DNA from: a virus | Taxonomy: Duplodnaviria; Caudoviricetes | Length of the DNA: 32,716 nt | Virus record (IMG/VR): IMGVR_UViG_3300012953_000106 | Coordinates: 1-32,716 of that record | Strand: one strand, 5' to 3' | In this document: positions 1 to 9,063 of the stretch, piece by piece | How the letters are laid out: every line of letters begins with the position of its first letter | How positions within the stretch are numbered: the stretch's first letter is position 1 | Translations under genes and position numbers: made by a program | Notes under the pieces: model-generated | Told to the model about the DNA's origin: nothing | The model's database searches: none | The model's input: only the letters and a program-made list of their open reading frames with translations

Positions 1-860
1 CGTTACTATCATCATCAACAATAGCTGATGGTGGAGTTGAAGTTATGCCTAACGTAAAGTATAGAGAAGTCATCCAGAGAGTTGAAACTGGTTCTCTGAT
101 TGCTAACGGTAGCTGTGACTTCGATGCTAGTTCATCAGTTACTTTAACAGAAGTATCTCTTGAACCAGAAGAATTTCAAGTTAACTTACAATTATGTAAG
201 AAAGATTTTATTAACACATGGGATGCGATTCAAATGGGATATTCTGCATTTGATCAACTACCTACGTCATTCGCTGACTATTTAATCGCTCACGTAGCTG
301 CTAAAGTAGCTGCTCAGAACGAAACAAATATTTGGCAGGGTGTAACAGCTAATCCAGGAGAGTATGATGGTTTTGAAGCTATCGCTGCCGCTGGTGGTTC
401 AGGAGTAATTCCTGTAGCTGGTGCAGCACTGACTTCCGCTAATATTTTAGCTGAGATGCAGAAAGTAGTAGATGCAATTCCAAATACACTTTACGGAAAA
501 GAAGAGTTGAAATTATACATTTCTCCTAAAGCTGCTAAATTATATGTACAAGTTCTTGGTGGTTTTGCTGCTACGATCGGTGCAAATGGTGTAGATAACA
601 GAGGGACAATGTGGTATAACAACGGATCTTTATCTTATAATGGTGTTCCAATTTTTGTAGCAAGAGGATTATCTGCAGACACTATGTTTGCTGCTGAATC
701 TACTAATCTTTTCTTCGGAACTGGATTAATGAACGATTGGAATGTCGTAAAGACAATTGATATGGCTGACATTGATGGCTCACAGAATGTAAGAGTTATC
801 ATGAGATTTACTGCTGGTTTAGCGATCGGAGTACCTCAAGACGTTGTATATTATTCATAA
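1..860 (+). CDS. Major capsid protein, C-terminal part (N-terminus at 32671-32716)
   Basis: Frame is open from base 3 (LLSSSTIADGGVEVMPNVKY...). Motifs LEPEEFQVNLQLCKKDF and DGSQNVRVIMRFT resemble Bacteroidota phage capsid proteins. Follows the protease/scaffold genes on the circular map. Confidence 0.9.
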   Translation, partial: LLSSSTIADGGVEVMPNVKYREVIQRVETGSLIANGSCDFDASSSVTLTEVSLEPEEFQVNLQLCKKDFINTWDAIQMGYSAFDQLPTSFADYLIAHVAAKVAAQNETNIWQGVTANPGEYDGFEAIAAAGGSGVIPVAGAALTSANILAEMQKVVDAIPNTLYGKEELKLYISPKAAKLYVQVLGGFAATIGANGVDNRGTMWYNNGSLSYNGVPIFVARGLSADTMFAAESTNLFFGTGLMNDWNVVKTIDMADIDGSQNVRVIMRFTAGLAIGVPQDVVYYS

Positions 861-877
861 ATAATTAACCTTATATT

Positions 878-899
878 GGGGAGGTTTCGGCCTCCTCCA
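878..899 (+). other. GC-rich hairpin between capsid and tail-tube genes (no U-tract)
   Basis: GGGAGG-tttcgg-CCTCCT; possibly an mRNA stabiliser or weak terminator. Confidence 0.5.
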
Positions 900-919
900 T
901 ATACTAATACCTTAACAAA

Positions 920-1468
920 ATGGCATGTGATATAAACTTAGGACGATTAGAACCCTGTAAGGACTCGGTTGGTGGCTTAAGAGCAATCTATTTTATAAAC
1001 TACACAGAAGGTTTATTAGATAGTGCAACTTTTGACGCTGATGAGATCATTGAAGGTTTCGCATCTCCTTTAACATTATATAAATATGATCTAAAGGGTG
1101 CTAACTCATTTGATGAAACTAATGAGAATTCTAGAGACAATGGAACATCTTTCTTTACTCAAACAGGTACTATTGTACTTAAAAAGCAAGATCCTGTAAC
1201 TAGAAAGCAAATGAAATTATTATCTTGGGGAAGACCTCAAGTAGTAGTTGAGTTTTACAATTACGGTCCTTCAAACGAAACGAGATACGTTATGGCTGGA
1301 ATAGAGAATGGTTGTGAGGTTGCACCTTCAACTGCTTCTGGAGCGGCTATGGGAGATTTAAATGGATATAATATAACATTTACAGGAATGGAAAAAGCTC
1401 CTGCTAACTTTATTGATCCTACAATTATAGATGACACAACAAACACTGTTGTTGTTAGCGGAACGTAA
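920..1468 (+). CDS. Major tail tube protein (putative)
   Basis: 182 aa, acidic. MACD..GR.EPCKDSVGG start and SGAAMGDLNGYNITFTG C-terminal motif are typical of flavobacterial siphophage tube proteins. Directly after the capsid gene. Confidence 0.7.
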   Translation: MACDINLGRLEPCKDSVGGLRAIYFINYTEGLLDSATFDADEIIEGFASPLTLYKYDLKGANSFDETNENSRDNGTSFFTQTGTIVLKKQDPVTRKQMKLLSWGRPQVVVEFYNYGPSNETRYVMAGIENGCEVAPSTASGAAMGDLNGYNITFTGMEKAPANFIDPTIIDDTTNTVVVSGT

Positions 1469-1492
1469 TTTCTTTTAATTTTCATATTTTAG

Positions 1493-1521
1493 AAGCCTCT
1501 AGTAATAGGGGCTTTTTTTTT
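1493..1521 (+). terminator. Rho-independent terminator
   Basis: AAGCCTCTA-gtaa-TAGGGGCTT followed by a T-run. Confidence 0.8.
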
Positions 1522-1552
1522 AACAAAAAACTGATTTATTTGTTTTATAAAA
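1521..1552 (+). promoter_or_regulatory. Putative late promoter TAAC-N16-TGTT (copy 1)
   Basis: taac aaaaaactgatttatt tgtt ttataaaa, upstream of the 1556/portal operon; four other copies with identical spacing. Confidence 0.7.
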
Positions 1553-1555
1553 AAC

Positions 1556-1900
1556 ATGATCATGATAATATTATCAACATCCGCATCTTCGTTGCCTTTA
1601 AGGTTTATTCCTAGAGAATATAACGCGGACAAGGTTGTGATCACAGATGAAGATACCAATAAAAGTGTTGAATATACAGGACTTACTTTTACAGAAGTTG
1701 CTTATTATTTAGACACAAATATAACTTTTAATCCAGTTTTAAAAGAAGGAACTTTTTATGTTTTGAATGTCGAATATCAAGGAAAGTCTGTTTATAGAGA
1801 TAGAATATTTTGTACTGATCAAGCACCTTCTTCAAGTTATACCATTAATAAAGATGAGTATAAAGAGCACGAAACAACAAATGAATACATAGTCCTATGA
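1556..1900 (+). CDS. Virion structural protein (putative head-associated)
   Basis: 114 aa, overlaps the portal start (ATGA); beta-rich; call rests on context only. Confidence 0.5.
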   Translation: MIMIILSTSASSLPLRFIPREYNADKVVITDEDTNKSVEYTGLTFTEVAYYLDTNITFNPVLKEGTFYVLNVEYQGKSVYRDRIFCTDQAPSSSYTINKDEYKEHETTNEYIVL

Positions 1901-3738
1901 CAAACGAATTATACATAGCTAATTTAGCGGCTTACACAGCTCCTCAAATAGTAGAAATCAAAGGAAAAGAGTGGATTTACTATGGAGAAGACAATGACTA
2001 TTTTAATTATTTGATAAGTCTATATTTAAACTCAACAACAAATCATTCGATTATCAATGGAATTTCAAACCAAGTATATGGTAGAGGGATTTCTGCTTTA
2101 GATGCTGATAAGAAACCAGAGCAATACGCTCAAATGATGATTATTTTTGATAAAGATTGCTTAAGAAAATATATTAAAGATTTTAAGATTTTTGGAATGG
2201 CTGCTTTACAAATTTTATATAAAGATGGTAAAGTAGTAAAAGCGAAGCATTTTCCAATGGAAACTTTAAGAGCAGAAAAATGTAATGAAGAAGGAGAGAT
2301 CGAAGCTTGGTATTATTCAAATGATTGGCAAGAAGTAAAAACAAGAAGATTAGAACCAACTAGAATTCCGGCATTTGGAAAAGGTGGTAAAAACCAAAAT
2401 GAAATGTTTGTGCTTGCTCCATACGTACCAGGACATTATTATTATTCACCTTGTGATTATACAGGAGGATTGCCTTACGCAAAACTAGAGGATGAAATTG
2501 GTGATTATTTAATAAACGACACTATCAATAATTTTTCAGGAACTAAGGTTGTAAACTTTAATAATGGAGTCCCTACGCCAGAAAAAATGCAACAGATAAA
2601 ATCTGATGTAATGCAAAAGCTCACAGGCGCTCGTGGTGAAAAGGTAATTGTAGCATTTAATAATAACAGCGAATCCAAAACAACTGTTGATGATATACCG
2701 CTTAATGACGCTCCAGCGCATTACCAATACCTTTCTGAAGAATGTTTTAAGAAACTAATTGTAGCACATAGAGTCACCTCTCCAATGCTTTTAGGTATTA
2801 GAGAAGGAAATAACGGCTTAGGAAATAATGCAGATGAAATAGAAACAGCAACATTGTTAATGGATAATATTGTTATTAAAAGTTATCAAGATCAGATTAT
2901 TGATTCTATGGATAAAATACTTGCTATTAATGAAATCGCATTAGATTTGTATTTTAAAACACTTAAACCTTTAGCGTTTAACGACATTGATCAACTTGAG
3001 GGTGTTAATGAAGATGTAGCTGAGGAAGAAACAGGTGTTGAAATGAGTAAGGTGCCACATTTAGACGATGAATTAGGAAAGCAAATATTAGCTAATTTGC
3101 AAGGAGAAAAAATATCTGAAGATTGGGTAGTTACAGATGTTAGAGAAGTAGATGATGAAAATTCTACTCCTGAAGATTGGGTAGCTGCATCACTTGTAGA
3201 TAAAAAAGAAACTACTCTAGATAAAGTAAAAAAAGTTTTATTTAATAATCCTAGTCCTATAGCTTATAGCGAAGGTAAATGGTCTGTATTAGATTCAGAT
3301 AATTATAAAATAAGATATGTTTATTTTCAAAAATCTAAAGCAAAATCTATACAAAGAGATGAAGACGGTAAAAGAAAAAGTACTTATAAAACTAGACCAT
3401 TTTGTGAAAACATGATGAGTTTAGCAAAGCAAGGTGTTGTCTACAGAATTGAAGATATTGATGAAGCTAGTAGAGAAGGGATTAATGGAGGTTTTGCACC
3501 TGAAGGTGAAGACACCTATGATCTTTTTAAATACAAAGGAGGATGTTATTGCAGACATGCCTGGAAGCAAGTACTATATAGAAGAAAAAAAGGAGCTGAT
3601 GTTTCACCTGATTTAAAGAATTATAGAAGAACAGGATCAATTCCTAAAAGATACGAAAGAAACCCATGGGGAAGTAAAGATGCTAAAAAAGCAACTTTTG
3701 ATTTACCTAATCACGGATCACTAAAATACACATACTAA
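1897..3738 (+). CDS. Portal protein with C-terminal MuF/minor-head-like extension
   Basis: N-terminal ~370 aa has portal-like motifs (YGEDNDYF, HRVTSPMLLGI). C-terminus has TRPFC...YKGGCYCRHAW, resembling the MuF (SPP1 gp7) Cys/His signature. Confidence 0.8.
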   Translation: MTNELYIANLAAYTAPQIVEIKGKEWIYYGEDNDYFNYLISLYLNSTTNHSIINGISNQVYGRGISALDADKKPEQYAQMMIIFDKDCLRKYIKDFKIFGMAALQILYKDGKVVKAKHFPMETLRAEKCNEEGEIEAWYYSNDWQEVKTRRLEPTRIPAFGKGGKNQNEMFVLAPYVPGHYYYSPCDYTGGLPYAKLEDEIGDYLINDTINNFSGTKVVNFNNGVPTPEKMQQIKSDVMQKLTGARGEKVIVAFNNNSESKTTVDDIPLNDAPAHYQYLSEECFKKLIVAHRVTSPMLLGIREGNNGLGNNADEIETATLLMDNIVIKSYQDQIIDSMDKILAINEIALDLYFKTLKPLAFNDIDQLEGVNEDVAEEETGVEMSKVPHLDDELGKQILANLQGEKISEDWVVTDVREVDDENSTPEDWVAASLVDKKETTLDKVKKVLFNNPSPIAYSEGKWSVLDSDNYKIRYVYFQKSKAKSIQRDEDGKRKSTYKTRPFCENMMSLAKQGVVYRIEDIDEASREGINGGFAPEGEDTYDLFKYKGGCYCRHAWKQVLYRRKKGADVSPDLKNYRRTGSIPKRYERNPWGSKDAKKATFDLPNHGSLKYTY

Positions 3739-4250
3739 TGGCAACAGCATTATTTATAACAACTAAAGACATGAAACGCTACTCGGTATTATCCGGGAAC
3801 GTTGATCCTGATAAGTTTATTTACATGGTTGAAATTGCCATGGACACTCAGGTTCAAAATTATACTGGAACAGTTTTATATGAAAAAATACAAGATTTAA
3901 TAGTTACAGGTGATATAGCATTGCCTGCAAATGATAAATACAAAACTTTATTAGAAACTTATTTAAAGCCAATGACTATTTATTGGGCTTTGACAACTTA
4001 TATGCCATTTGCGGCTTATACTGTTGCTAACGGAGGAGTTTACAAACATACTTCAGAGTCTGCTGTAACTGTAGAAAAAAATGAAGTAGATTATTTGCAA
4101 GAAAAATATAGAGACATTGCGCAATTTTATACTAATAATTTTATAGATTTCATGTGTTACAATCAAAGTACTTATCCAGAGTACAACGAGAATAAAGAAG
4201 ATGATTTCTATCCAGATACAACATCTGATTTTGGCGGTTGGGTTTTATGA
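3738..4250 (+). CDS. Head-tail connector/adaptor (putative)
   Basis: 170 aa helical protein directly after the portal; MATALFIT...GNVDPDK pattern. Confidence 0.6.
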   Translation: MATALFITTKDMKRYSVLSGNVDPDKFIYMVEIAMDTQVQNYTGTVLYEKIQDLIVTGDIALPANDKYKTLLETYLKPMTIYWALTTYMPFAAYTVANGGVYKHTSESAVTVEKNEVDYLQEKYRDIAQFYTNNFIDFMCYNQSTYPEYNENKEDDFYPDTTSDFGGWVL

Positions 4251-4360
4251 GTTATAAAATAAAAGAGAAAAACATATTAAGGTTAAAACAATATTTGGAA
4301 AAATATGGAGTGGTATACGACAACAAGTCTAGGAATAAAAATAACATACAAAAAAAATAA
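4247..4360 (+). CDS. Small basic hypothetical protein (37 aa, not in ORF track)
   Basis: MSYKIKEKNILRLKQYLEKYGVVYDNKSRNKNNIQKK*; ATGA overlap with the upstream stop; fills the gap exactly. Confidence 0.55.
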   Translation: MSYKIKEKNILRLKQYLEKYGVVYDNKSRNKNNIQKK

Positions 4361-4363
4361 ATA

Positions 4364-4810
4364 ATGTTTGGAGAAATATATTATACGACGTGGTTTGGTC
4401 AACCTCAATCTGAAGGTTATGGAAGTAATTATTATAATAATGGCCAAGAAATAATAAATGGTGATTTTTTAAATTCAGCTAATCCTTCTTTCGGTTGGAA
4501 TGTTGGTCCTGGTTGGGTAATACAACTTAATAATGCTAATGTAAATAATAATGGCACAACGCAGTGTACTCAACTTTTAGGAGAAGTAGAAATTAATGAA
4601 ACTTATGAGATTGCCGGAACAGTATTTAATTACACGCAAGGTACTTTACAGCCTCAATTTGGTGGTCAAGTAATTGGTGGAGTTGCTTCTAATGGGGATT
4701 TTAAATTGACTGTTACCTCTAATTCTAATAACCCAACATTATACTTATATGCGATTGCCAACCCGCAATATTCAGTTAGAAATTTAACCCTTAGGAAAGT
4801 AGTTTCATGA
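4364..4810 (+). CDS. Structural protein with carbohydrate-binding-like beta domain
   Basis: EIINGDF...GWNVGPGW...SVRNLTLRKV pattern resembles CBM4/9-like fibre domains; Asn/Gly-rich. Confidence 0.5.
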   Translation: MFGEIYYTTWFGQPQSEGYGSNYYNNGQEIINGDFLNSANPSFGWNVGPGWVIQLNNANVNNNGTTQCTQLLGEVEINETYEIAGTVFNYTQGTLQPQFGGQVIGGVASNGDFKLTVTSNSNNPTLYLYAIANPQYSVRNLTLRKVVS

Positions 4811-5046
4811 TAGAAAAAATAAACAAAATTCAAAAAGACAAATTGTTACATTACTTAGCTGGTTCTGTAATATCATTCCCGTTAATACTTTTTTTCGGTT
4901 TATATGGATTTGCTGTTAGCTTTTTAATTTTTGCAGCTAAAGAAATAATCTATGATCACTTATTAAAATTAGGAACACTTGATCACGAAGACTTTTTATG
5001 GTCACTTGCACCAGCGTTAAAATTTTTAATTTTTTATTATGTATAA
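4807..5046 (+). CDS. Small membrane protein (DKLLH motif)
   Basis: DKLLHYLAG followed by hydrophobic segments and KEIIYD. Confidence 0.6.
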   Translation: MIEKINKIQKDKLLHYLAGSVISFPLILFFGLYGFAVSFLIFAAKEIIYDHLLKLGTLDHEDFLWSLAPALKFLIFYYV

Positions 5047-6328
5047 AAGTAATACAAATCCAATATACGCGTATATGCCTGCAGGTTATAAAGCGGATTT
5101 TATTCCACCTGTGATCGGAAACGAACTAGATAGGTTTACATTTACGAGAAACTCAGTTGGTTCGAGAAGAAAAAAAGATGGTTTAATAGAGCAAATGCCT
5201 GTGGATGTTCCAAGATTAAATTATGATTATAAAACTAATTGCCCTTATTTATTGTTAGAAGATAAAACTTCAAATCTACTTCCAAATTCAGAAGATTTTA
5301 CACAGTCAAATTGGACTACTACAAATTTAAACATATCAACTAATCAATTTGCGGCTCCTGATGGAACAAATACAGGTATGAAATTAACTGTAGGCTCTAC
5401 TGGTGAAAGATATGCTAGTGATAATGTTACTTTAGCAATTGGAGAAAAAGCACAAATATCTTGTTTTGCAAAAGCCGGTACTTCTGGTTTTTTTGCATTA
5501 TCATGTGTAGATGCTTTTGGACCTACAACTGATGAAGCTATAGGAACTTTTGATCTAGTAAGAGGGATCGTTGGTGTTACTAGTTTAAGCTCAGGTCTAA
5601 CACCTGTTTTATCTATAGAACCTTATAACAATGGATGGTACAGATGCATCATGGAATTTACTGCTTCTTCTAACGGCGCTTGGAACGCTCGAATTGTAGC
5701 ATCTGCACAAGCAATTGACGATCTAACTGCCCCTTCAGGCGATTTTGTTTATGCTTGGGGAGCACAAGCAGAAGTTAGTCAAGAGTGCACGTCCTACATG
5801 AAAACAGGTGCTAGCATTTTTACAAGAGTGCAAGAAAGCGCAGTAGAGGCTTTAAGGAGTACACCTATTAGATCACCTTTAGGAGCATTATATTTAGAGT
5901 ATGAAAACACAGCTGACCCTGTAACAGGAACAAGAGCAATAAGTCTTAGTGACGGGACTAGAGATGACATGGTTGAAATTAGAGAGGAAGGAGTAACAAC
6001 TGGAAGGATGGTTGTAGAAGTTGTTGTAAAGGGTGTACAGCAAGCACTTGTTAATGTTGACAATACTCGACTTTTAGAACGAAATAAAATTGCTGTAGTC
6101 TGGGGTGTTAAAGGTGACATACGTACATATTTGAATGGTGTAGCGATTTCATTGGTAGAACCAATAAACACTTTTTTACCTGGGGTTCTAAATAGACTAA
6201 ACTTAGCAGATCCTACGGGTGCTGACAATTATCATGGACATATATATGACTTGAGAGTTTATGATGTTATGAGATTTAATATGAGTTCAGAAGAAATAGA
6301 TAAATTTTTTACAACTTTAACTAATTAA
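5039..6328 (+). CDS. Fibre/spike protein with C-terminal LamG/concanavalin-like domain
   Basis: FTFTRNS..., PRLNY...LLLE..TSNLL.NSEDF, NGWYRC and WGAQAE motifs typical of phage spike/fibre domains; C-terminal KIAVVW...YLNG...GHIYDLRVY. Confidence 0.7.
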   Translation: MYKSNTNPIYAYMPAGYKADFIPPVIGNELDRFTFTRNSVGSRRKKDGLIEQMPVDVPRLNYDYKTNCPYLLLEDKTSNLLPNSEDFTQSNWTTTNLNISTNQFAAPDGTNTGMKLTVGSTGERYASDNVTLAIGEKAQISCFAKAGTSGFFALSCVDAFGPTTDEAIGTFDLVRGIVGVTSLSSGLTPVLSIEPYNNGWYRCIMEFTASSNGAWNARIVASAQAIDDLTAPSGDFVYAWGAQAEVSQECTSYMKTGASIFTRVQESAVEALRSTPIRSPLGALYLEYENTADPVTGTRAISLSDGTRDDMVEIREEGVTTGRMVVEVVVKGVQQALVNVDNTRLLERNKIAVVWGVKGDIRTYLNGVAISLVEPINTFLPGVLNRLNLADPTGADNYHGHIYDLRVYDVMRFNMSSEEIDKFFTTLTN

Positions 6329-6329
6329 T

Positions 6330-6470
6330 ATGCCACTACCAAAACCAAAAAAAGGAGAAAAACAAAATGAGTTTATGACTAGATGCTTAGATAAAGCCTT
6401 AACTGAATTCCCTAAGGATCAGGCTATGGCTGTTTGCTATGATATATTTAGAAATGATAAAAACAAGTAA
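6330..6470 (+). CDS. Small phage protein (46 aa, not in ORF track)
   Basis: MPLPKPKKGEKQNEFMTRCLDKALTEFPKDQAMAVCYDIFRNDKNK*; the 'P.P..GE....F..RC....QA.AVC' pattern is recurrent in phage head regions. Confidence 0.7.
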   Translation: MPLPKPKKGEKQNEFMTRCLDKALTEFPKDQAMAVCYDIFRNDKNK

Positions 6471-6474
6471 GGAG

Positions 6475-6753
6475 ATGAATAAATTGAGTGATCAAACAGA
6501 GGTAACTTTAGATGTTAAAACAATAACAACGATTGTAGGTTTTGCAGTTGCCTTAGCAAGTATGTATTTTGCATTAAAATCTGATATAGCAACAGCTATG
6601 GAAAAACCCGACCCTGTGATTAGCAGGCAAGAATATGATTTAAAAGATAATGCAATAAGAAGTGAAATACAAACTAACAGAGAATTAATAGAAAAGAATT
6701 TTGGTAAGTTAGAAACAATCGAGCAGCGATTATACGAATTAAGAAGAAAATGA
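6475..6753 (+). CDS. Single-TM plus coiled-coil protein (lysis-region, holin/spanin-like); start revised to 6475
   Basis: GGAG immediately precedes ATG 6475, just after the stop of the 6330 ORF; TM segment TIVGFAVALASMYFAL. Confidence 0.55.
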   Translation: MNKLSDQTEVTLDVKTITTIVGFAVALASMYFALKSDIATAMEKPDPVISRQEYDLKDNAIRSEIQTNRELIEKNFGKLETIEQRLYELRRK

Positions 6754-7076
6754 GACTAATTATTTTTATTTTAATGTTTTTAATACCTGTATCTTCTGGA
6801 TCTGAAATAAAAGATCTTAAGATTATTAAGGTTTTACAAATTAATAGCAAGTGGAATAAAAAAAATAATGTTGATCTTTCTAAATTAAAAAATTGTGTAG
6901 TTGATTTTGGTTGGTACGAAGATCAATCTAAAGAAGCACAGTCAGTAATTAGAAAAGTTCCCGTGATCATCATTTATAGTAATAAAAAACCCGTGCATAA
7001 ATGGGAGGCTGATTTAAGCTTTAAATTAAATTTAGCTATTGAAGAAGTACAAAGAAAAGTAAATGAACACAAATGA
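6750..7076 (+). CDS. Secreted/membrane-anchored thioredoxin-fold-like protein (no CxxC)
   Basis: Signal peptide MRLIIFILMFLIP; INSKWN and IRKVPVIIIY resemble thioredoxin-fold elements. Confidence 0.4.
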   Translation: MRLIIFILMFLIPVSSGSEIKDLKIIKVLQINSKWNKKNNVDLSKLKNCVVDFGWYEDQSKEAQSVIRKVPVIIIYSNKKPVHKWEADLSFKLNLAIEEVQRKVNEHK

Positions 7077-7444
7077 CCAAAAATTTTACTAAAAAAGAAT
7101 TTGAGTGCAAAGGTGGCTGTGAAATGCCTGAAGAGGTCTATTTTAATATAGTTAAAGTTGCTACTCAATTACAGTATTTAAGAGACTATTTAAATAAACC
7201 TATAAAAATAAATAGTGGTTTTAGATGCGAGAGTCATAACGAAAAAATAGGAGGAGTAAAACATAGTCAACATAAATTAGGTAAAGCTGCTGATATAGTT
7301 GTAGAAGGTATAAAACCAGAATTTGTTTATCATTATATAAATGATGCAATAAGTAATGGAGAGATGTTGCAAGGTGGTCTAGGCTTATATGAAACATTTG
7401 TTCATTATGATATAAGAGGAACTAAAGCGAGATGGAATGGCTAA
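7073..7444 (+). CDS. Endolysin, peptidase M15A family (Zn peptidase)
   Basis: NFTKKEFEC, INSGFRC..HN..IGG...SQH..GKAADI and FVHYDIRG motifs. Confidence 0.9.
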   Translation: MTKNFTKKEFECKGGCEMPEEVYFNIVKVATQLQYLRDYLNKPIKINSGFRCESHNEKIGGVKHSQHKLGKAADIVVEGIKPEFVYHYINDAISNGEMLQGGLGLYETFVHYDIRGTKARWNG

Positions 7445-7853
7445 AAAATTCAAAGATACTAAAGTCGGTAAATTTTTAATTGGTGAAAAAGGTTTGTTTA
7501 AACAATTTGCTAATATAATACCCGATAACACTGTTTTAGGCGCGTTTAAGGGACTTATACTTGAAAACGATAAGATCAGTCAACAGGAAAAAGAAACCGC
7601 ATTAGAACTATTAAAAATGGATAATGTAGAGATGCAAGAAATATCTAAACGTTGGAGTAGTGATATGGTTAGTGATTCTTGGCTTAGTAAAAACGTAAGA
7701 CCTTTAACTTTAGTTTTTTTCAGTTTATCATACGTTATAGGTTGGTTTGCAAAATATCCGTTAGAAGAAATAAGCGGAGTCTTAAGTATTATTATTGCAG
7801 CCTATTTTGGTAGTAGAGGAGTTGAAAAATTTACTAAAATAAAAAACAATTAA
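7437..7853 (+). CDS. Holin (3TM-holin-like)
   Basis: RWSSDM.SDSWLSKNVRPL, two C-terminal TM helices, AYFGSRGVEK; adjacent to the endolysin. Confidence 0.75.
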   Translation: MAKKFKDTKVGKFLIGEKGLFKQFANIIPDNTVLGAFKGLILENDKISQQEKETALELLKMDNVEMQEISKRWSSDMVSDSWLSKNVRPLTLVFFSLSYVIGWFAKYPLEEISGVLSIIIAAYFGSRGVEKFTKIKNN

Positions 7854-7866
7854 ATTAAAAAAATAG

Positions 7867-8007
7867 ATGGCAAGAAGTAAAAATGTAAATCCTGTAGTGC
7901 ACAGGTCAAAGTCTAAAAAAAGACCAGGCGTTCATTCTAAAAATAATACTTCATCATTAAAATCTTCAAAAAATTACAAAAAGAAATACAGAGCTCAAGG
8001 CAGATAA
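7867..8007 (+). CDS. Small highly basic protein (46 aa, not in ORF track)
   Basis: MARSKNVNPVVHRSKSKKRPGVHSKNNTSSLKSSKNYKKKYRAQGR*; no acidic residues; the KKYR.QGR ending is recurrent in aquatic phages. Confidence 0.7.
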   Translation: MARSKNVNPVVHRSKSKKRPGVHSKNNTSSLKSSKNYKKKYRAQGR

Positions 8008-8168
8008 ATAATAAATTATTAAGATATATATTTAATTTATTTATTCTTAATATAATTATATATTTAATATATATATTTATTCTTATTTAGACACGTACGT
8101 GATATATATATAAACAAATGTCTATAACTTTTTATCCTATTACATAATAATTTTTATAATTTTAAAGA
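8008..8168. other. Extremely AT-rich intergenic tract, candidate replication origin
   Basis: Nearly pure A/T, repeated TATATATTTAAT and TTTATTCTTA units, palindrome CACGTACGTG at 8092-8101; lies at the late/early boundary. Confidence 0.4.
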
Positions 8169-8555
8169 GTGAGAAAAATAAGTCGTAAATCATTGATCAA
8201 AAAACTAGATACTGTTTTTAGTAGATGGATACGATTAAGAAACGCTAAGAACGATATAGCGGAATGTGTTACTTGTGGAAAAAGGGATAATTATAAGAAG
8301 CTACAGGCCGGCCATTTTATAAGTAGAAAAAATTATAGTACGCGCTGGGATCCTCAAAATGTACAAGTGCAATGCGTTGCTTGTAATGTCTACCGGTATG
8401 GTGAGCAATACAAATTTGGAAAGTGGTTAGACAATAAGTTTGGAATTGGAACTACTGATGAACTTTACAATAAAGGTCAGAAGATCACAAAATTTTCTGA
8501 TGATGAAATTAAAGATAAAATTGATTACTTTAAACAGCTAATCGATTTGCTATAA
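8169..8555 (+). CDS. ninG: NinG/Rap-family recombination endonuclease
   Basis: LDTVFSRWIRLR, CVTCG, QAGHFISR, TRWDPQNV..QC..CN motifs. Confidence 0.85.
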   Translation: MRKISRKSLIKKLDTVFSRWIRLRNAKNDIAECVTCGKRDNYKKLQAGHFISRKNYSTRWDPQNVQVQCVACNVYRYGEQYKFGKWLDNKFGIGTTDELYNKGQKITKFSDDEIKDKIDYFKQLIDLL

Positions 8556-8581
8556 TTCTTGTTTTTTTTGTTTTATGTGTG

Positions 8582-8612
8582 AAAAGGGGGTGATTTAATC
8601 ATTCCCTTTTTT
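8582..8612 (+). terminator. Rho-independent terminator (possibly bidirectional)
   Basis: AAAAGGGGGTGAT-tta-ATCATTCCCTTTT plus T-run. Confidence 0.75.
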
Positions 8613-8665
8613 GTTAATTAAATGTTAAATATTTTTTTTTATTCAACTTAATTTGTAATTTTAAA
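8612..8665 (+). promoter_or_regulatory. Early promoter region with TGTTAA-N5-TGTTAA box
   Basis: TGTTAA at 8612 and 8623; the 20-mer TGTTAAATATTTTTTTTTAT (8623-8642) is identical to 12592-12611. Confidence 0.6.
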
Positions 8666-8672
8666 GAAAAAC

Positions 8673-8831
8673 ATGAACGAAAAAACAAATCAATATTATA
8701 TTTACAAAGATGGCAAGTTATATTCTAAAGTCCATGGTGCTATGCAAGCTGAGGTTATTGCTTACAATCAAAAAGCATCAGTGTATTACGCCTATAACGG
8801 TCACGAAACATTTATAAATAGCTATGAGTAA
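8673..8831 (+). CDS. Hypothetical protein (52 aa, not in ORF track)
   Basis: MNEKTNQYYIYKDGKLYSKVHGAMQAEVIAYNQKASVYYAYNGHETFINSYE*; first ORF after the promoter, overlaps the next start. Confidence 0.6.
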   Translation: MNEKTNQYYIYKDGKLYSKVHGAMQAEVIAYNQKASVYYAYNGHETFINSYE

Positions 8832-9063
8832 AAGAAACGAAGGGAAAACAGCTAGATCAACAATGTTCGAATTTCAAGAAATGCAAATCGAAGCATGTAG
8901 AGAATTAAACAACGAATATTATGTTGAAATACTTGAATTGAAAAAAAGCAATGATGATCTAAAAAAAATAATCATAGACTTGTTAGATAAAAATTGCAAG
9001 GAAAGTTTTAAGGAAAGTGTTAGTGGTTTCATTTTTCAAGATGCCAAAAATAATGCAGACTAA
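8824..9063 (+). CDS. Hypothetical protein
   Basis: 79-aa ORF in a tightly packed operon. Confidence 0.55.
   Translation: MSKRNEGKTARSTMFEFQEMQIEACRELNNEYYVEILELKKSNDDLKKIIIDLLDKNCKESFKESVSGFIFQDAKNNAD

Noticed and set aside
6439-6474. Annotated start of the 104-aa ORF at 6439
   Set aside because: It overlaps the 6330-6470 gene; ATG 6475, just after that gene's stop, is the better start.
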